A stretch of 64,000 bases of DNA, from the NCBI RefSeq assembly GCF_009914755.1, contig NC_060939.1; one strand, given 5' to 3'. Shown in pieces: positions 41,976 through 56,208 of the stretch. Origin of the DNA: the human T2T-CHM13v2.0 reference genome, Homo sapiens. Each line of letters opens with the position of its first letter. The first letter of the stretch is position 1. Below the pieces are notes generated by a model that saw only the letters and a program-made list of their open reading frames with translations, was not told the DNA's origin and did no database searches. A program made the position numbers and the translations under genes.

Positions 41976-44805
41976 AATGCTTCTGATCCCATGTATTTTC
42001 CTTGTTGGATCTTTAGATACTGGTACATTGGCAAAAAGATTTAAAAAAATTTTAATCCATCACTCTTCAATTTTAGACTATCTTTATCTCCAAATTATAA
42101 TTCCAACTCATAATTATTACACATAATTTATCAACAGAGTATTAATAAGTTATGTGTATCTTTCAGCAATTCATAATCTCACTACTGTCATCTGTAAAAT
42201 GAGTAAGTTAAACTAAATGACCTAAGATGTTTGCAGCTCTCAGTTTTTATATTCTAAAAACTGAGACTCTATATTTTAATCTCTTGCTTCTACTCTCCTG
42301 AGCCAAAGATCTTTACTAGTATCTCCTTGAACACAATATGTGATTCTTGAGTCTCCAGTCCGCACTTTTGATTCCTCTCCTAAAAGCCAAGCTTTAGTTC
42401 CCATTTATGTTGGGAGAGTCAGTCTCCTCTAGAGCTCCCAGCTGTGTACATATACTAAGTGGAAGCTTAGCACAATACACTTCACCTCTAGTTTCCCAGT
42501 AAACCTTTTTCTGCACCCACAAACTGCAAGACTTTTCTGGTCTTTAGTCTGTACAGCTTCCAATTTCTAGGCTATCACAATCCAATCAACTCCATGCAAG
42601 TGATGATAGCAGGCTACAGGGGTCTATGAAAGAAAGATAGTACAATGCACAAACCCATTCCCCAGACGGTGAAAGAGAAAATTAAGATAATTTGTCTGGA
42701 CACATAACTTTAAAGGAAAATCCATTGCTGACTAACGCAGCCTGTTAGCTATGAATGCAGAAATTAAAACTCAAATTATAGTAGGCCAATAAAGTAGTAC
42801 AAGGTGTTTATAACTCTCTTTGACTGATAAAGCAAGGATACCTGACTTATCAGGAAGGGTGGCAAATAGCTCTCATTTTATAATGACGTAAATTAAAATG
42901 AGAAACAAACCAGAAAATAGGTGGATCTTTATTAAATTGAGGAATGGTTTATTTCTCTATTTAATTTAAAATACTCTAAATAGGGATGTTTCTAAATTGC
43001 TCCTAGGTTCTGAGGAAAGATGTGTCTGCTGGAGAGGCCACATGTCTTGACAATTTGCTTACTTTCAATAACTACAATGTATTATGCTAAGTTCTCTTCT
43101 CTACAAAAGCTATGGTCCTCACACTCAGCAGGGCAGTACATCTGCCATTCCCCAGCCCCAGGCCAGCTCTGAGATGCTTCAGGTAGAGAGAAAAGCTTTT
43201 CCAGATGCACATTGAGAGAGAAACCACATATGCACAATTCAACTCAGAAAGCATGAGTGTTTTTCTTCAAACTTTTTTCTTTCTCATTCTGTGAGTAATT
43301 CAGTCACTGACAGTTCCCTAAATGTTATCATTTTAATTCCGAAAACATTAACCTCACTTCCCCTGAGGATTTTGAGATGTACATCATGACAATGTATTTT
43401 TTAAATGTCTTAATAATGAGAAATTTCAGGTAGCCCTTCATAATACAACATAGGAGATGGAGGCGAAACGAAGCCCAGCTTTCGGTTGAGTGTTCGGAAC
43501 AGGTTCTCCCTCTGAACTTCCAAGTGCCCACAGATGGCTGTGGGGTGGGGTAGAGGACCTAAAATACATGTTAAATTCGGTGTCATGTTTTCTTCTGTGC
43601 TTTCTATCATTGCTAGATTTTAAAGGAATCTAAAAATATGAAGAATCACTAACCACAGTAAAACTGAGGGAAGGTACCACAGGTCAGTCCAAATGTGTCC
43701 TTCACCCAGTCAAGCCCTGTCCCTGGGGAGAAAATCACCTGCAATAAAGCTAGCATGCTCGAGTCACTAGAGGCTTAGGAGCACATTAGATTTCTAAGAA
43801 AAATAAATCACAAGAAGCAAATCCATATCATGTATTTATCTTTTAAAACATATGCCAGGGAAGATATTTAGGAAAAAATACAAGATATATACATATATAC
43901 AAATATATATTTATATGTAAATAAATACCATACATTTAATTTGCTGAATGTCAAGAAACTTTGAATAGTTTTATAAGACACGCTCCTCGTGAAGTTACTA
44001 AACATTATCATTCCTACCTCACATTGATTTATAAACTAATACAATTCCAATAAAAATTTTAAGTTTTTCTAGAAGAATGAATATATAAGGAAATCCAAAA
44101 ACATTTTTAAAAGTATGCAAAAGAAATGGAACCGCCAGATTCTGAGATGTATTGTAATGCTACAATAAGATATAGTATAATATACAAACATATCAAAGAC
44201 AATAGAAGGCCCCCAACAGTCCTAAACAATATAGAGGAAATAATTATTCCAAAAGTCTGGTATGGAATTAATTAGCAATTTAGAAAAAAAAGTTGTCTTC
44301 GATCTCTACCTCTGACTGTATACCAAATTAAATTTTTCATATGAAATGGAGTGACAGAAAGAGAGAAAAAAAGTAGAAAGAAACCCTTTAAGAAACGTGA
44401 AAACATTGGTAAACTTAGATCAGAGAAAGTCTTTTAAGCTAAAAGAATTATCAGAAATTATATAATGAAAGGACAGATTTGATTATGTAAATATTTAAAA
44501 CTTCCACACATCAGACAACACAGTAAAATTAAAAACAAATGATAAAAAGTAAAATAACAGTTTCAAAAATGGTAATTTTTAGGGATAGGTATTTAGTAAG
44601 AAAAAACAACTATGGCAATATGGTAATATACATCAGAAACCTTAAAAAGGCATATACTCTTATGTATAGCAATTCTACCTATAAGCATTTATCCTAAGAT
44701 AAAATACTTATAGGCAAAGACTTACAGTAGTTATTTATAATACATCATGTATAACTCAAATTTTTATAATTAGTAAAACTCATTTAAAGAGTTTAAATAA
44801 CAGTA

Positions 44806-45144
<339 letters not shown>

Positions 45145-45149
45145 CTATT

Positions 45150-45155
45150 TTTATT
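45150..45155 (-). terminator. Candidate intronic polyadenylation signal
   Basis: First AATAAA I find on the minus strand downstream of the 47423 donor; followed by a CA and a U-rich tract (ctgttcttttcc...ttattattatt). Confidence 0.4.
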
Positions 45156-45469
45156 TTTCCACATTAAATTCATAGGCCTAGTTTCAAAAGTGACAACAGT
45201 TTCTCTGAAATAGAATCATAGAAAGTTTCTTTTGCTTCATGATTTTTCTGGATATCTTCAAATTTTACTGTATTTGGGGAACATTTAAAACCTTATGAGA
45301 GATTTTCTGAGATCAGTAAACAAATCCCTCACATTAAAATGAAGTAGTTTTCTACAGAGCAAGCCTCGAATAATAGCTGTATATTTTCTATGAACTGATT
45401 ATACTAGAAAATATAACCCTCCCACAGGATGATAATAACAGAAGCTTGTCTTTGTGCCCTTGTACTAAA

Positions 45470-46077
45470 CTCCCGTGTCGTGTGGTATGACAACACCAGC
45501 ATGTCTGTGCAGATTCTTCTCCAGGAGGGCTTTAGAAGTCTCTCTGCCCAGGGCCTGCTGGGCACCCATGGTGGTACCATAACTGTGCAGGGGATCTTCT
45601 ACGTGCTTCTCCAGGTCTGTGCCCTTTCTGGGCCCCGGTGACAGGCCTGAAATGATAGCCTCAAGTGGCTCCCAGTCTGCTGACTTCTCTTTGGGTTTGG
45701 CCAATGGGAATGACGATGAGGGACCAGAGAGTGGGATGAGAAGAGATCAGGTTGTGTGCCCTCAGTTCCCAGCCTGGCATGTCACTATGGACCGGCGGCA
45801 CCTCCCTGCTGAGGGCTGCGGGTCCTGCCCAGCAGCTGCCTCCACACCACTCAGCCTCCCTCTTAAGTTCTAGTTTTCGATAGCGACTTCTACTCTTGCC
45901 CCTTCAGGCTTGGGTGTGGTAAAAGCTTCTCCTTGGTACTGGCCCCAGAGTAGCGCTCTCTTACTGCTTTTTCTAAACCCCGTCTGTACCTCTGTGAAAG
46001 GTCTCTAATAAACTCTCCTCAAATCACTCCATTTGAGTGCCACCTGATTCCTGATTAGTACGACCCTCATTGATACA
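45470..46077 (+). mobile_element. LTR33/LTR16-like ERVL LTR
   Basis: 3' end aataaactctcctcaaat...atttgagtgccac..ttcctg...tgataca. Confidence 0.55.
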
Positions 46078-47422
46078 GTCATATATGTAATTACCCTAGA
46101 GAAAATAAAGTTAAGTGCGTTTGGACTAAACAAAGCAAAAGGAAAAAAGTGATCTAATGTGGTTTAGGAAATTTTCCATTCAAGTTTGGGTTAAACAGAA
46201 GTTTAGCCCTATGCTACTTCTATGCTTCAATTACCTAGAACATCCTTATGCTTTCTTTACTGCTGTGTCTGAATTGCTCTGCTCAGATGAAACAATCATT
46301 TTCCACCCTTATGCTGTTCATTCTTACACAATTATGATTTTTGGAAAATCAAATGTGGGAAAGAAGACTTAAATTGCTATACATATTTTCATTAAGGATA
46401 TGAGTTTTCATCCTGTAAGTCAAACACCACAGAAAGAAAATGCTATGAAGTAACCAATGCCCTGCAGAAACTGTGTAAATGAAAGCTAGAAATCATCTCA
46501 AGATTCAACTGCCAGTGTGTTCTCAATCACTGGAGTAATTTGATATTATGGAAAAACCTACTGAACCACCCAACTTTGATCTGTTCATGTCTATCAATGA
46601 ACAGGAATGGAAAGAAGTTATTTTTCTATAACCAGATAGATAGATAGACCTCAATGCACACATACACCTAATAAAAACAACAAATATAAGCCACGTATAG
46701 GTAATCTCCAAATATCAGGAAGAAGGCAGAGAGGTTTCATGGATATATACACACACATGCAATTCTTAATATCTTACATACCCATCCTCTAATGCTTTGG
46801 TGTCATTTTACAGTTCACGTGAAACTTCCACTTAAATAGTAACCATATCTAGATTCCCATTTCATTTAAATAAATTCAAGTAAAGTTCCTAGGCAGGTTT
46901 CCAGAGAGTTAGGTTGCTTTAAAGTTGGCCATGCATTAAATAAAGCTTTGTCTCACAAAAGTGAACGAGTAACTGATACGGTATCTGTACATTCACTCTG
47001 CACAAGGTTCCTTTATCTCAAAAGCATTACTCAAAGACAAACAACACATCAGATTACAGCTCTAGAGAACCATACTCTGCCTCTTCTAGCAACACTGCCA
47101 GCTCACAAAATTGTATGAGGACCAACCACCGGCTTCCTGAGGGATTTGCAATCTACCTTCTCCATCAGGTCCCCCAAGGTTCTCCTACTTCACACACATG
47201 CCCCCTTTCATTCATTCCACTGCATTCATCTTTCATCTTTCAGAGGCTCGTTAACAATAAGTGTGCAAAGGTTCACTTTAACAGCAAAACCAAAAAGAAA
47301 CCCTTCAGCATTACATTTTATAATGAAATAAAACCCCAAATTCTGAGAGTCAACTAAGCTAGAACTAAAAGCCATTGCAGGAAGAGATTCATTCCCGGGT
47401 CCCTAGCTTCCTTTCACATTAC

Positions 47423-47540
47423 CTGCTTCAGTGTACTTCAGTCCCACTTTTTCTTCTGTGTCTTTTGTCTTTGGGGGTGGCCAGACAGCTTGAAGTCTGC
47501 CAGGAGTCCTGTCATCCTGCTCAGTCGGGCTGTGGTCAGG
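47423..47540 (-). CDS. FMN1: Formin-1 118-nt internal exon ([39 protein letters not shown])
   Basis: Acceptor tttgcctgctctttcaacag|CCT and donor GCAG|gtaatg; 39 codons + 1 nt. [10 protein letters not shown] is a formin-1 motif and the frame continues that of the 48977-50350 exon. Confidence 0.95.
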
Positions 47541-48976
47541 CTGTTGAAAGAGCAGGCAAATAGTAAGTGGAATGTAGTCAGAGCCGATTAATTCCTGAAA
47601 AATGACATGCTAAACCTAATTCTGAAGTTAATTTTAATGGCTAGTTGCACATTGCTCTCATTCACTATAATTCAGATATCTCACTATAGTGTGACCCTTT
47701 TCCAGAAGTGTAACGTGATCAGTTGAGGTGAAAATTTAAAACTACAACAACAAAAAAACCTCAAGGCTAAGTATATATCACACAACCCTTAAAAGATTAT
47801 TTTTATTATATAATTATTTGAAAAAGCACAAATATACTTTGACCTGAAGGTACAGACATAAATGTACTACACTGATGTGCATTTATGGGAATGTTTACCA
47901 ATGTATCCCGGGACTCCAGGATTATTTAACACAAAGACTAATTTCAAGAACATCAGTGGTAGACCAAGACACCCTTTTTCAAACATTGCACACTGCTAAT
48001 TTCCTTTTATTCCTATAAATGAATGAATGAGATTTGCCTTCATATTCCAGTCATTTTTATATGTGTTGATTTTTACAACTAGGAGAATGTTATATTGTGC
48101 TTGGTTTTTTAACTGCAGTCTGAGAAATTCTGCCAAAGACTTTCATTTTTAACATTTTAACTGAATATTTTAAATATATAGGAGGAATGATAGTCATACA
48201 CTGAATTGATATTAAGCAAGAAATTCTATTTATTGTTCTTCTGATCGTTTAAGATCTACTGGACAGGTACTTGCTCATCTTTATAAATTACCTGAGTTAG
48301 TTTTCTTTGAGTAATAACAGCATCTATTAATTAGATGCTTCCCGTGCACTGCCTTTGTTTAATTCTCATAACAACCATATAACCATTTTATTTTCCTCAT
48401 TTTGCACATGAGGAGATTGAGGCTTGGAGATTATCAAGGTTACCCAGCCAGTAAATGGCAGAATTAGAATAAAAACCCAGGTCTCATTCTAAATCCAGTG
48501 CTCTAAATCTGGAAGCCTTCCAACCAATGTGGAACACTCTAATCACACCACAAACACATATTTTGTCAAATGGCAGACTTTCAAAGGAACGACAGACTTT
48601 CTGCGGAGGTATAATTAAGGGGTGAGGAAACCCTGTAAACCTGGGCTATACTGCCATCTTGCATCATTTCCTCATGCTACCTAGTTTTATAAGTGCGTTT
48701 ACCATCAACGTTTAAATTCACGGTGACAGTTACCCTTTCCTACCTGCACATCTTTGTGTATATCCCTCTTGCAATATTCCAGATAAAAATCAGGACGCAT
48801 GAAAAGCACTTCTGGTTAACTCCATACTCCTTACAGGACAATATAATTTGACTATAATCCTTTTTCAACTAAAAGAATCACTAACAGGCAACTAGGATTC
48901 ACTTTGGGAGGAAACCTGGAAAGAAATACAGCAGCACCATATTTTATGTTAAAATGCAAAACCCAATTCTACATAC
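47541..48976 (-). other. FMN1: FMN1 intron (1436 nt, GT-AG)
   Basis: Bounded by the donor and acceptor of the two coding exons; contains a MIR fragment near 48290-48510. Confidence 0.93.
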
Positions 48977-50350
48977 ACTTTTGGAATCAGAGGGGCCATC
49001 CGCTGGCTTAGAATTGGACCGTTCAAACACAGCTCTTAGCGACTCCTTCTCATGTCTCATCTTGCGCTTGAGAGCTTCCAGCTCAGAGGTGTCAGCTGTG
49101 GTCCCCTTTCTGGGGGGCCGGATGAATAGGGCTTTAAAAGCCTCCAGGGCTGTCTCTGGCGACTTTGGCTTGACCTCACCACCCTGGGTTTGTGGTACTC
49201 CAGGGCCGCTCTGGCTCTCTTGGTCAGCATTGCAGCCCATCTCTTCTCTCCTGGGCGACTCAGGGTCTGCTCCCTTCGGTTCAGTTTTGGGCATGTCAAT
49301 GTTGAGCAGCAGAGAGAGCTGCTCCAGGAGAGTGGGAGTGGCCTTCGGATCAGTTGCTTTCTTCTCACTCTTCACTGTCTGCAGCCCTGCCTGCACTAAG
49401 GACTTCTGCACAGGCTGCGTCAATTTGAGCAAAGCTAAGTCCCCATCCTTTGGTTTAATTTCCGTGATGGTCTCTCCTCCCTCAGCGGTAGCCCCCTTCT
49501 TCAGCACACGAAGCCCACTGAAAAAAGCTGGAAGTTGGAATGACTTCTCTCCAGAGACTTCTTTTTTAGAAGAGGCACTCTCAGTGATACCAACACTCGA
49601 ATTCTGGTTTGTTACTGCAGGTAGGTCTTGGGACTCTTCTTCTCCCACCTGGTCCTGGCTGGGGCGACGCTCTGTCTGAAGACCACCGTTGCCAGCTTCC
49701 AGTTTGCTGCTCATCTCAGGTGGAATCCTTTGAGGATCTTCTGCACAGAGCTCTGCACCATTCATTTCCCCAGTGACAGTATTTTCCCTGAAACCTCCTG
49801 GGTTTTCTTTGGACTCCTGAGATGGCTCAGATAAAACAACACTAGGGGACTTTGGGCCATTGGTGCTGCTTCCCTCCTCTGGCTCCTGGCCACCATCATC
49901 AGAGTCAGAATCACTGGTGGTGTGCACCAGGGTCCCACGAACACAAATGACATCGTCTTTTGTCCCTTTCAAAGTAGACAGTGGAAGCAGCTCTTGAGCA
50001 AGGAGAGATGTCCCTGCTTCTTTTCTCTGACTTCCCTCTGATTCTGTCTCCACGCTTGCAATTTTCTCATCATTTCCGAGGTCAGGTGAAACCCGAGACC
50101 CTGCTTCCTGTGGATCCAAGCCATTGCTGGAATCATCCTGCTGAGATGTGGGATTCACGTCTAAACTATGGAATGCTTTCAGCACAGCATCTTCCTCTTC
50201 TGGATTCACAGATTCTAATTTACTCGTAAACCCAAATAGGGATTTCATAGAGAACTTACTCAGGATCGACTGAGCCACTTCAAGTCCGGCTTCTGGTTTT
50301 GCTGGTTCTGACACATCACTGCCATCCAGAGAATTATCAACGTTCTCCAT
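48977..50350 (-). CDS. FMN1: Formin-1 large first coding exon of the alternative (isoform IV-type) N-terminus, 458 codons
   Basis: 468-aa ORF MENVDNSLDGSDVSEPAKPEAG... recognised as formin-1. Strong Kozak (gacATGg) with an in-frame TGA 6 nt upstream. Donor AGT|gtatgt at 48977/48976 after SDSKS, phase 0, in frame with the next exon. Confidence 0.96.
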
Positions 50351-50639
50351 GTCTCAGTAATGCCCTTGGTGGAAGTTCTGACTTGTGTTACCTTCTCCTG
50401 CGCTCTCAGTTTATCCACTCCATCTGCTCTTAATTTACAGGACAGAGAGCAACAGGACCCGGGAGTCAGGCTGTCAGCCGCACAGCAAACACACTTGGTC
50501 TCTTTCGGGTCACAGTGCCCTCCTTCCGGTTTGTGCGATGATGTGTTCCAGGGCAACTGTGAAAAATCTGTGGAGTCTATGCCCAGAAGCAGCCGAGGCT
50601 GCGCACCTTACTACACACGGACCAGGGAGGCTGCTCTTC

Positions 50640-50790
50640 TGAAACTTCCGTATTTATTCCCGGGGACAAAAGCCTTTTTGTCATAGGGAAAGTCAGCCTG
50701 CCCTGTAATCCCAACCCAGGACTTCACGAGGAGCTCCGCCCCAGGCCAGCGGTTCTCCTGGTGGCATTCAACTTCCTCATTGGTGAGCAA
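50640..50790 (-). promoter_or_regulatory. Candidate internal FMN1 promoter (CCAAT, GC box, TATA-like, ETS)
   Basis: On the minus strand, in order: CCAAT (50782-50778), GGGGCGGAGC (50742-50733), ATAAATA (50657-50651), CGGAAGT (50650-50644). About 300 nt upstream of the ATG in non-repetitive sequence. Confidence 0.55.
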
Positions 50791-50858
50791 GTGAAGGCTT
50801 CTGAAAGTGCTGAGCCGGCAAGCTGATACTGAGGGCACTTAGCCACTGCCCAGAGCAG

Positions 50859-50892
50859 CCTAAGGGAATCAGAAGTAAATCAGCAGAAAACA
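50859..50892 (-). other. Candidate 3' splice site upstream of the large exon
   Basis: ttttctgctgatttacttctgattcccttag|G: pyrimidine tract, CTGAT branch-like motifs, AG at 50861-50860. Confidence 0.5.
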
Positions 50893-52462
50893 ACTGAAAT
50901 ACTTCTGACACAGGCCTTCTTTTTCATCTGGATTATGATCAGAGAGGCCTGGGGCATCCAGGCCAAAAAACTAGCAGTACACCCAGATCAGCAGCCACTT
51001 ACGAAGCCGCAATCAAGGAAACAAATTAAAGAAAGCAATAGATCATCTCAAAAGTGCCTAGAACTCTCAAAGCAGTTAATTTACTGCCCTTGAAGCTTTT
51101 TTTTTTTAAGTGCTTTCTTCCGCTTCCCTGCAGGTTTCATCTGGAATGCAGATTTTAGCTCCTAAAGCCCGTGAGGGATAACCCACACGACTGGTTTCAG
51201 ATGACTGCTGTTTTAGCTCTGCCCTAGCTGTCTCAGTGCTCTACAAACAGGTATTAGGCAAGCACACCCACCACACCCAGTGTCCACCAGCAACAGGGTG
51301 GCAGAGTAAACAGCCCAGGCTCCGCAGGAATGATTACCCTCTACACTCCCTGTGCCAACCGCAGGCTTCTTTCTGCTCAGCAGCTGTGACTTCCTGGCTG
51401 CCTTAGAAATCCTGGCAGCAGCAGGACACGCCTCTCCCCCTTTGGTGTCCCAGCCAACTAAATGAAACCTGGCATGACACAGTGTAACACACAACCTGCC
51501 CTATTAGACAAAACAATTTGAAGATCCCCAAGGATCCACGTTCTCCTAAAGGGCAAAACATCTGAAAAGTCTCTATCAGTCAGATCTCTATCACAGACCC
51601 AATTTGCCTCAACAAAAACAGGACAGACAAAACAACCTCCAAACATCAGCCCAGTGTAGTTTCTACCACTCTATTTATATGCTGGGAAACTGGCAACAAA
51701 GGATGGGGGTAAAAATTGCAGCCCTGTTTCCTAGCTGCATAGCTGCCTCTTGGGACAGCTCCCTATCTACCTGAAGGCCTCAAGTGTTTTCCAAATCCAG
51801 TCCCACTAAGCAGGCATGCAGTGAGTGCCTGGGATGGACAGGACACTGTTCTGGTTGGAGAGGCAAGTCAAACTGGCTGAACAGTAATTGCCATCTCTGT
51901 TTGAGCAAAGATCCAAGAAGATTGTGGTCAAGTGTTAAACACAAACAGTAATTCCTTCTGCAAAATGGAAATGGTAGCCATAAGGAAAATGACAGTCTTG
52001 CTTTATCTGCAGGAGTGGGTGGCTGCATGTCACACATTGATAACTTGAGCCATGTTCTTCAGTACTAAAAACAATCTAAGCATCAATACTGAGAAATTCT
52101 GATTGCAAAAATACATTTCTAGCAATGTATTCAAAAGGAACGCTCACACAAATAAAAACGCATCATTGCATCCCATCAACCACTAAGGGTAAGTAAAACA
52201 CTTTCTAAATCTTGATTTGATCTTGTGTTTTAAACAGGTACTTCTCTGTTTGCTCCTGATCATAGTATTTTTGGGAATTATTAACTGAGGCACTTAATCA
52301 AAAAGCCACCAGGACACTGCAGAAAAATTCAATGGTGTCTTTTAAGTCTAAGAACAAGATTCTTGTCTAGAGGAAATACCCATTGATTAAAATCAGACAT
52401 CTGCTTCTTCAAGATTGTAGAAAGAAGAAATGATCACAACAGATCATAAGATCAGTCTTTCT

Positions 52463-52823
<361 letters not shown>

Positions 52824-53622
52824 CTAATATGGCAGGGGGCAGTGAGAGAGGGCACGTATTTGGTCTTTTTTTTTTTTTTTTATGAACTGAAAAGACTCAA
52901 TTTCTCAGACATAACTAATTATTGATTTCTGGAATAAGCTTCCAGGCCCCTCTATAGATTTGGGCAAAATGGAACGGATGCTGGAAGGGGCTACTGGCCC
53001 TTCTGCACCATGGCATGGAGCAGAATTATAAGGTTTCAGTATCCCCTCAATACTCATAGATGCCAACACCATTTCATGGGAAGTGGGTCAAGTCTTTGGT
53101 CCCAGGAGATTATCTGATTTCATCCCCTTGGCTCTAGGTAAGTAAGGTATTATTAGGCCCATTTTTAAAGGTAAGCAACCATAGCTGAGAGAAGGTAACT
53201 TGCCAAACTTAACACAGCTAGTAAGTGGGGAATAACATCATCTAAGATTTGAGGGTTGACCATGTGCCAAGCACAATTTTAGGTGCTCCACACATATTAA
53301 CTCACTTAATACAGATAACAACCATATTATGAGTTGTTATTATTATTATTCTCTTTTTCCTGCTAGAGAACCGAGGCACAGAAGATTAAAAGTCTTGCCA
53401 GTCCACAGAAACAGTGGATGGTGGAAGTATAATGTGAATCCATGCAGGCAGGCTCCAGCATCCACACTCTCAACCACTCTTCGAAAGCCCAGAGGCTCCA
53501 CTTCCTTCCCGAATAGAAGACCACACACAGCGAGGTGCAAAGGTTTCAGCCCAGTTCATTGGTGGTCTTTAACTGGGATGTGAAGTATACTTTATCCTCT
53601 TAAATGACACAGAAGACAAACA

Positions 53623-54631
53623 TCACCAAAAACAAACAAACAAACAAAAAACAACAACCTTATACTGAGGATGACTGTTCTTTTCTTTTGCATAACTTGG
53701 GGAAAAATCTACAAGTTTTCTTAGGAAAAAATGGAGAGAGAGGAAAGAAAAATCAAGCAAAAATTCCAGTAAACCTAGCTGGCCTATCTATCTAACACAG
53801 AAGAGACACGGAATCCTCTGGGCTCAAACACATCAAGGTTTTCCAGTTTGCCCCTACCATTCTCCTTCATTTATGAAGCATGACTTCTATTAAGAAGACT
53901 TCTTCATCCAATGTCATAAATGAGCACCAACAATGAATGAGGCTGTGAGGACATAAGAATGAAGATAGCCCTGCCTTCCACCTCCATGAAATGTGTAGTT
54001 TAGTTGGAGATCTCTATTTAGAAAGAGGAGACTCTTGTTTACAGACTGTAACCAAGGACTTTATCCCCCAGGTTCAGTCTAATAGTAATAGCTAGACCTG
54101 AAACAATTTTGAATGAAAGCCAGCAGTGACCATTTAAATATGAACACGAGTAACAGGAGCACGAGTAAGATTCAAAGAGATCTTTTAACACGGACTCTTT
54201 CAAGCCACTGGTTCTCATGACCATAAAAAATGTTACCACTGCTGGTCACTCAGGGAATGAGAGTGTTTCAGATTGTAATATTCAAATAAGCAACCTACAA
54301 ATTCAATCTAAATTGGTCTTGAAAAATGAATCTCTTTAAAGCTTTAACATTTTCAGGGAGGATAGTAATCACTTCTCTTGGACATTATCTCAGTATCTAT
54401 GTGCTGAAATAAGCACCTATTACACAAAACCAGCAGAAGCGAAGGCTTTCATCCTTTACAACCTACCTCAACTGATTCTCTTTTGTCTTGTCTTAACCTC
54501 AAGACAAACTCTCTAACTGCCACATCTGTGCAAAAATGATCTTCACCAAAACAAACAAACAAACAAAAAAACAACCTTATACTGAGGATGACCATTCTTT
54601 TCTTTTGAGTAACTTGGGGAAAAATCTACAA
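53623..54631. repeat. Dispersed direct repeat of about 90 bp (53623-53714 and 54543-54631)
   Basis: tcaccaaaa(caaa)n..caaccttatactgaggatgac..ttcttttcttttg..taacttggggaaaaatctacaa occurs twice. Confidence 0.9.
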
Positions 54632-54659
54632 AAAATAATCTGTGCCAGATTAAAAATCA

Positions 54660-54890
54660 TCCACCTCAGACAACCCACGTTTGAACTGTATGGGTTCACC
54701 TATACAATATGTTTTCAACCAAAAGAAGATGGAAAATGCAGTCTTCATGAGATGTGAAACCTGCACATATGAAGGGTTGACTTTTCAACTTTTCCTGTAA
54801 GTGGATTCCCAGAGCCTCCTGTGGGACTTGGGTATGAGAGGATTTGGGTATATGGGTGATCAATCTTCCAAGTAGATGGAGGGACAACTC
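54660..54890. mobile_element. MER8/Tigger-like MITE
   Basis: gtttgaactgtatgggttcacctatac ... gagggacaact. Confidence 0.5.
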
Positions 54891-55032
54891 TAAGTCAAAG
54901 GATACATGAGAAATAGGTAGCATTTGACCTACGTGATATTCTGTTATAACTCTGTTAAAAACAATCAGTACCTAGCTACTTAAAAATGTGAGCATAGTAT
55001 TTGTGGAGAATTTACTAGCAGTGAATTCTTCA

Positions 55033-55482
<450 letters not shown>

Positions 55483-56208
55483 TTATCTCCTATAGGCAGT
55501 AGAGCCTAGCTCCTTGACTTTCCTAATATTAGGAGATCAGCAATAAAAATTTTTAAATATCGTTTTGCGAAAACTGGACACTGAAAGAAACTTCTCTAAG
55601 GGCCCCCTTACTCTTTGTAGCACTTCTCGCTATTACTCAGTTTGGATAATTCACCCCCACATTCTCATCAGACTTCAGAAAGGCAACGTGAAAGTAAAGC
55701 AAACAGGATCGCATCTCACTGTTAGGCTACTTGTCATGATTCTCCTTGTCCAACTTATTTCAAGTTCTGGGCCTGATTTTAATGACAAATTGCTTCTAGC
55801 TTCCCAAAGTAGTTCAAATAGCTTCATGCGAAAACCGTTTGAAACAAAAAGTAGAAAGTGTAGTTAAACTTAGTAAGGGTAAATAAGAGTGAGAAAACTA
55901 TTTCTGCAGGTGAAAAAAAGTTAAGAGCAATGTACTGGGAAAAATAAGTAAGTTCTGAATAAAGATATGGGTAGGTTAATGGGTGAAATCCTGGTTTCTT
56001 GGTTCAGGAAGCGTGTTTTAATTCAACAAACGGCATCTTGAACAAGAGGGGAGAGCTGAGGAAATTATAACATCACAAGGAGTCAAAAAAATGTCTGTAA
56101 AATGAGGGGTCATATAAAAGGAGTACAAGATTATGGAATAATTTGGGTAGAATCCAGTTGTTGTAAGGTTGAATGGGACCTTAGAAATAGTAGAAATTTA
56201 CCTAGCTT

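Noticed and set aside
48954-49679. 241-aa plus-strand ORF
   Set aside because: Antisense shadow of the FMN1 coding exon, codon-aligned with it; no recognisable domain or independent promoter evidence.
50392-50859. 468-nt coding cassette exon using donor AAG|gtaaca at 50392
   Set aside because: Length is a multiple of 3 but every frame has stops; at most a non-coding or poison variant, with no further support.
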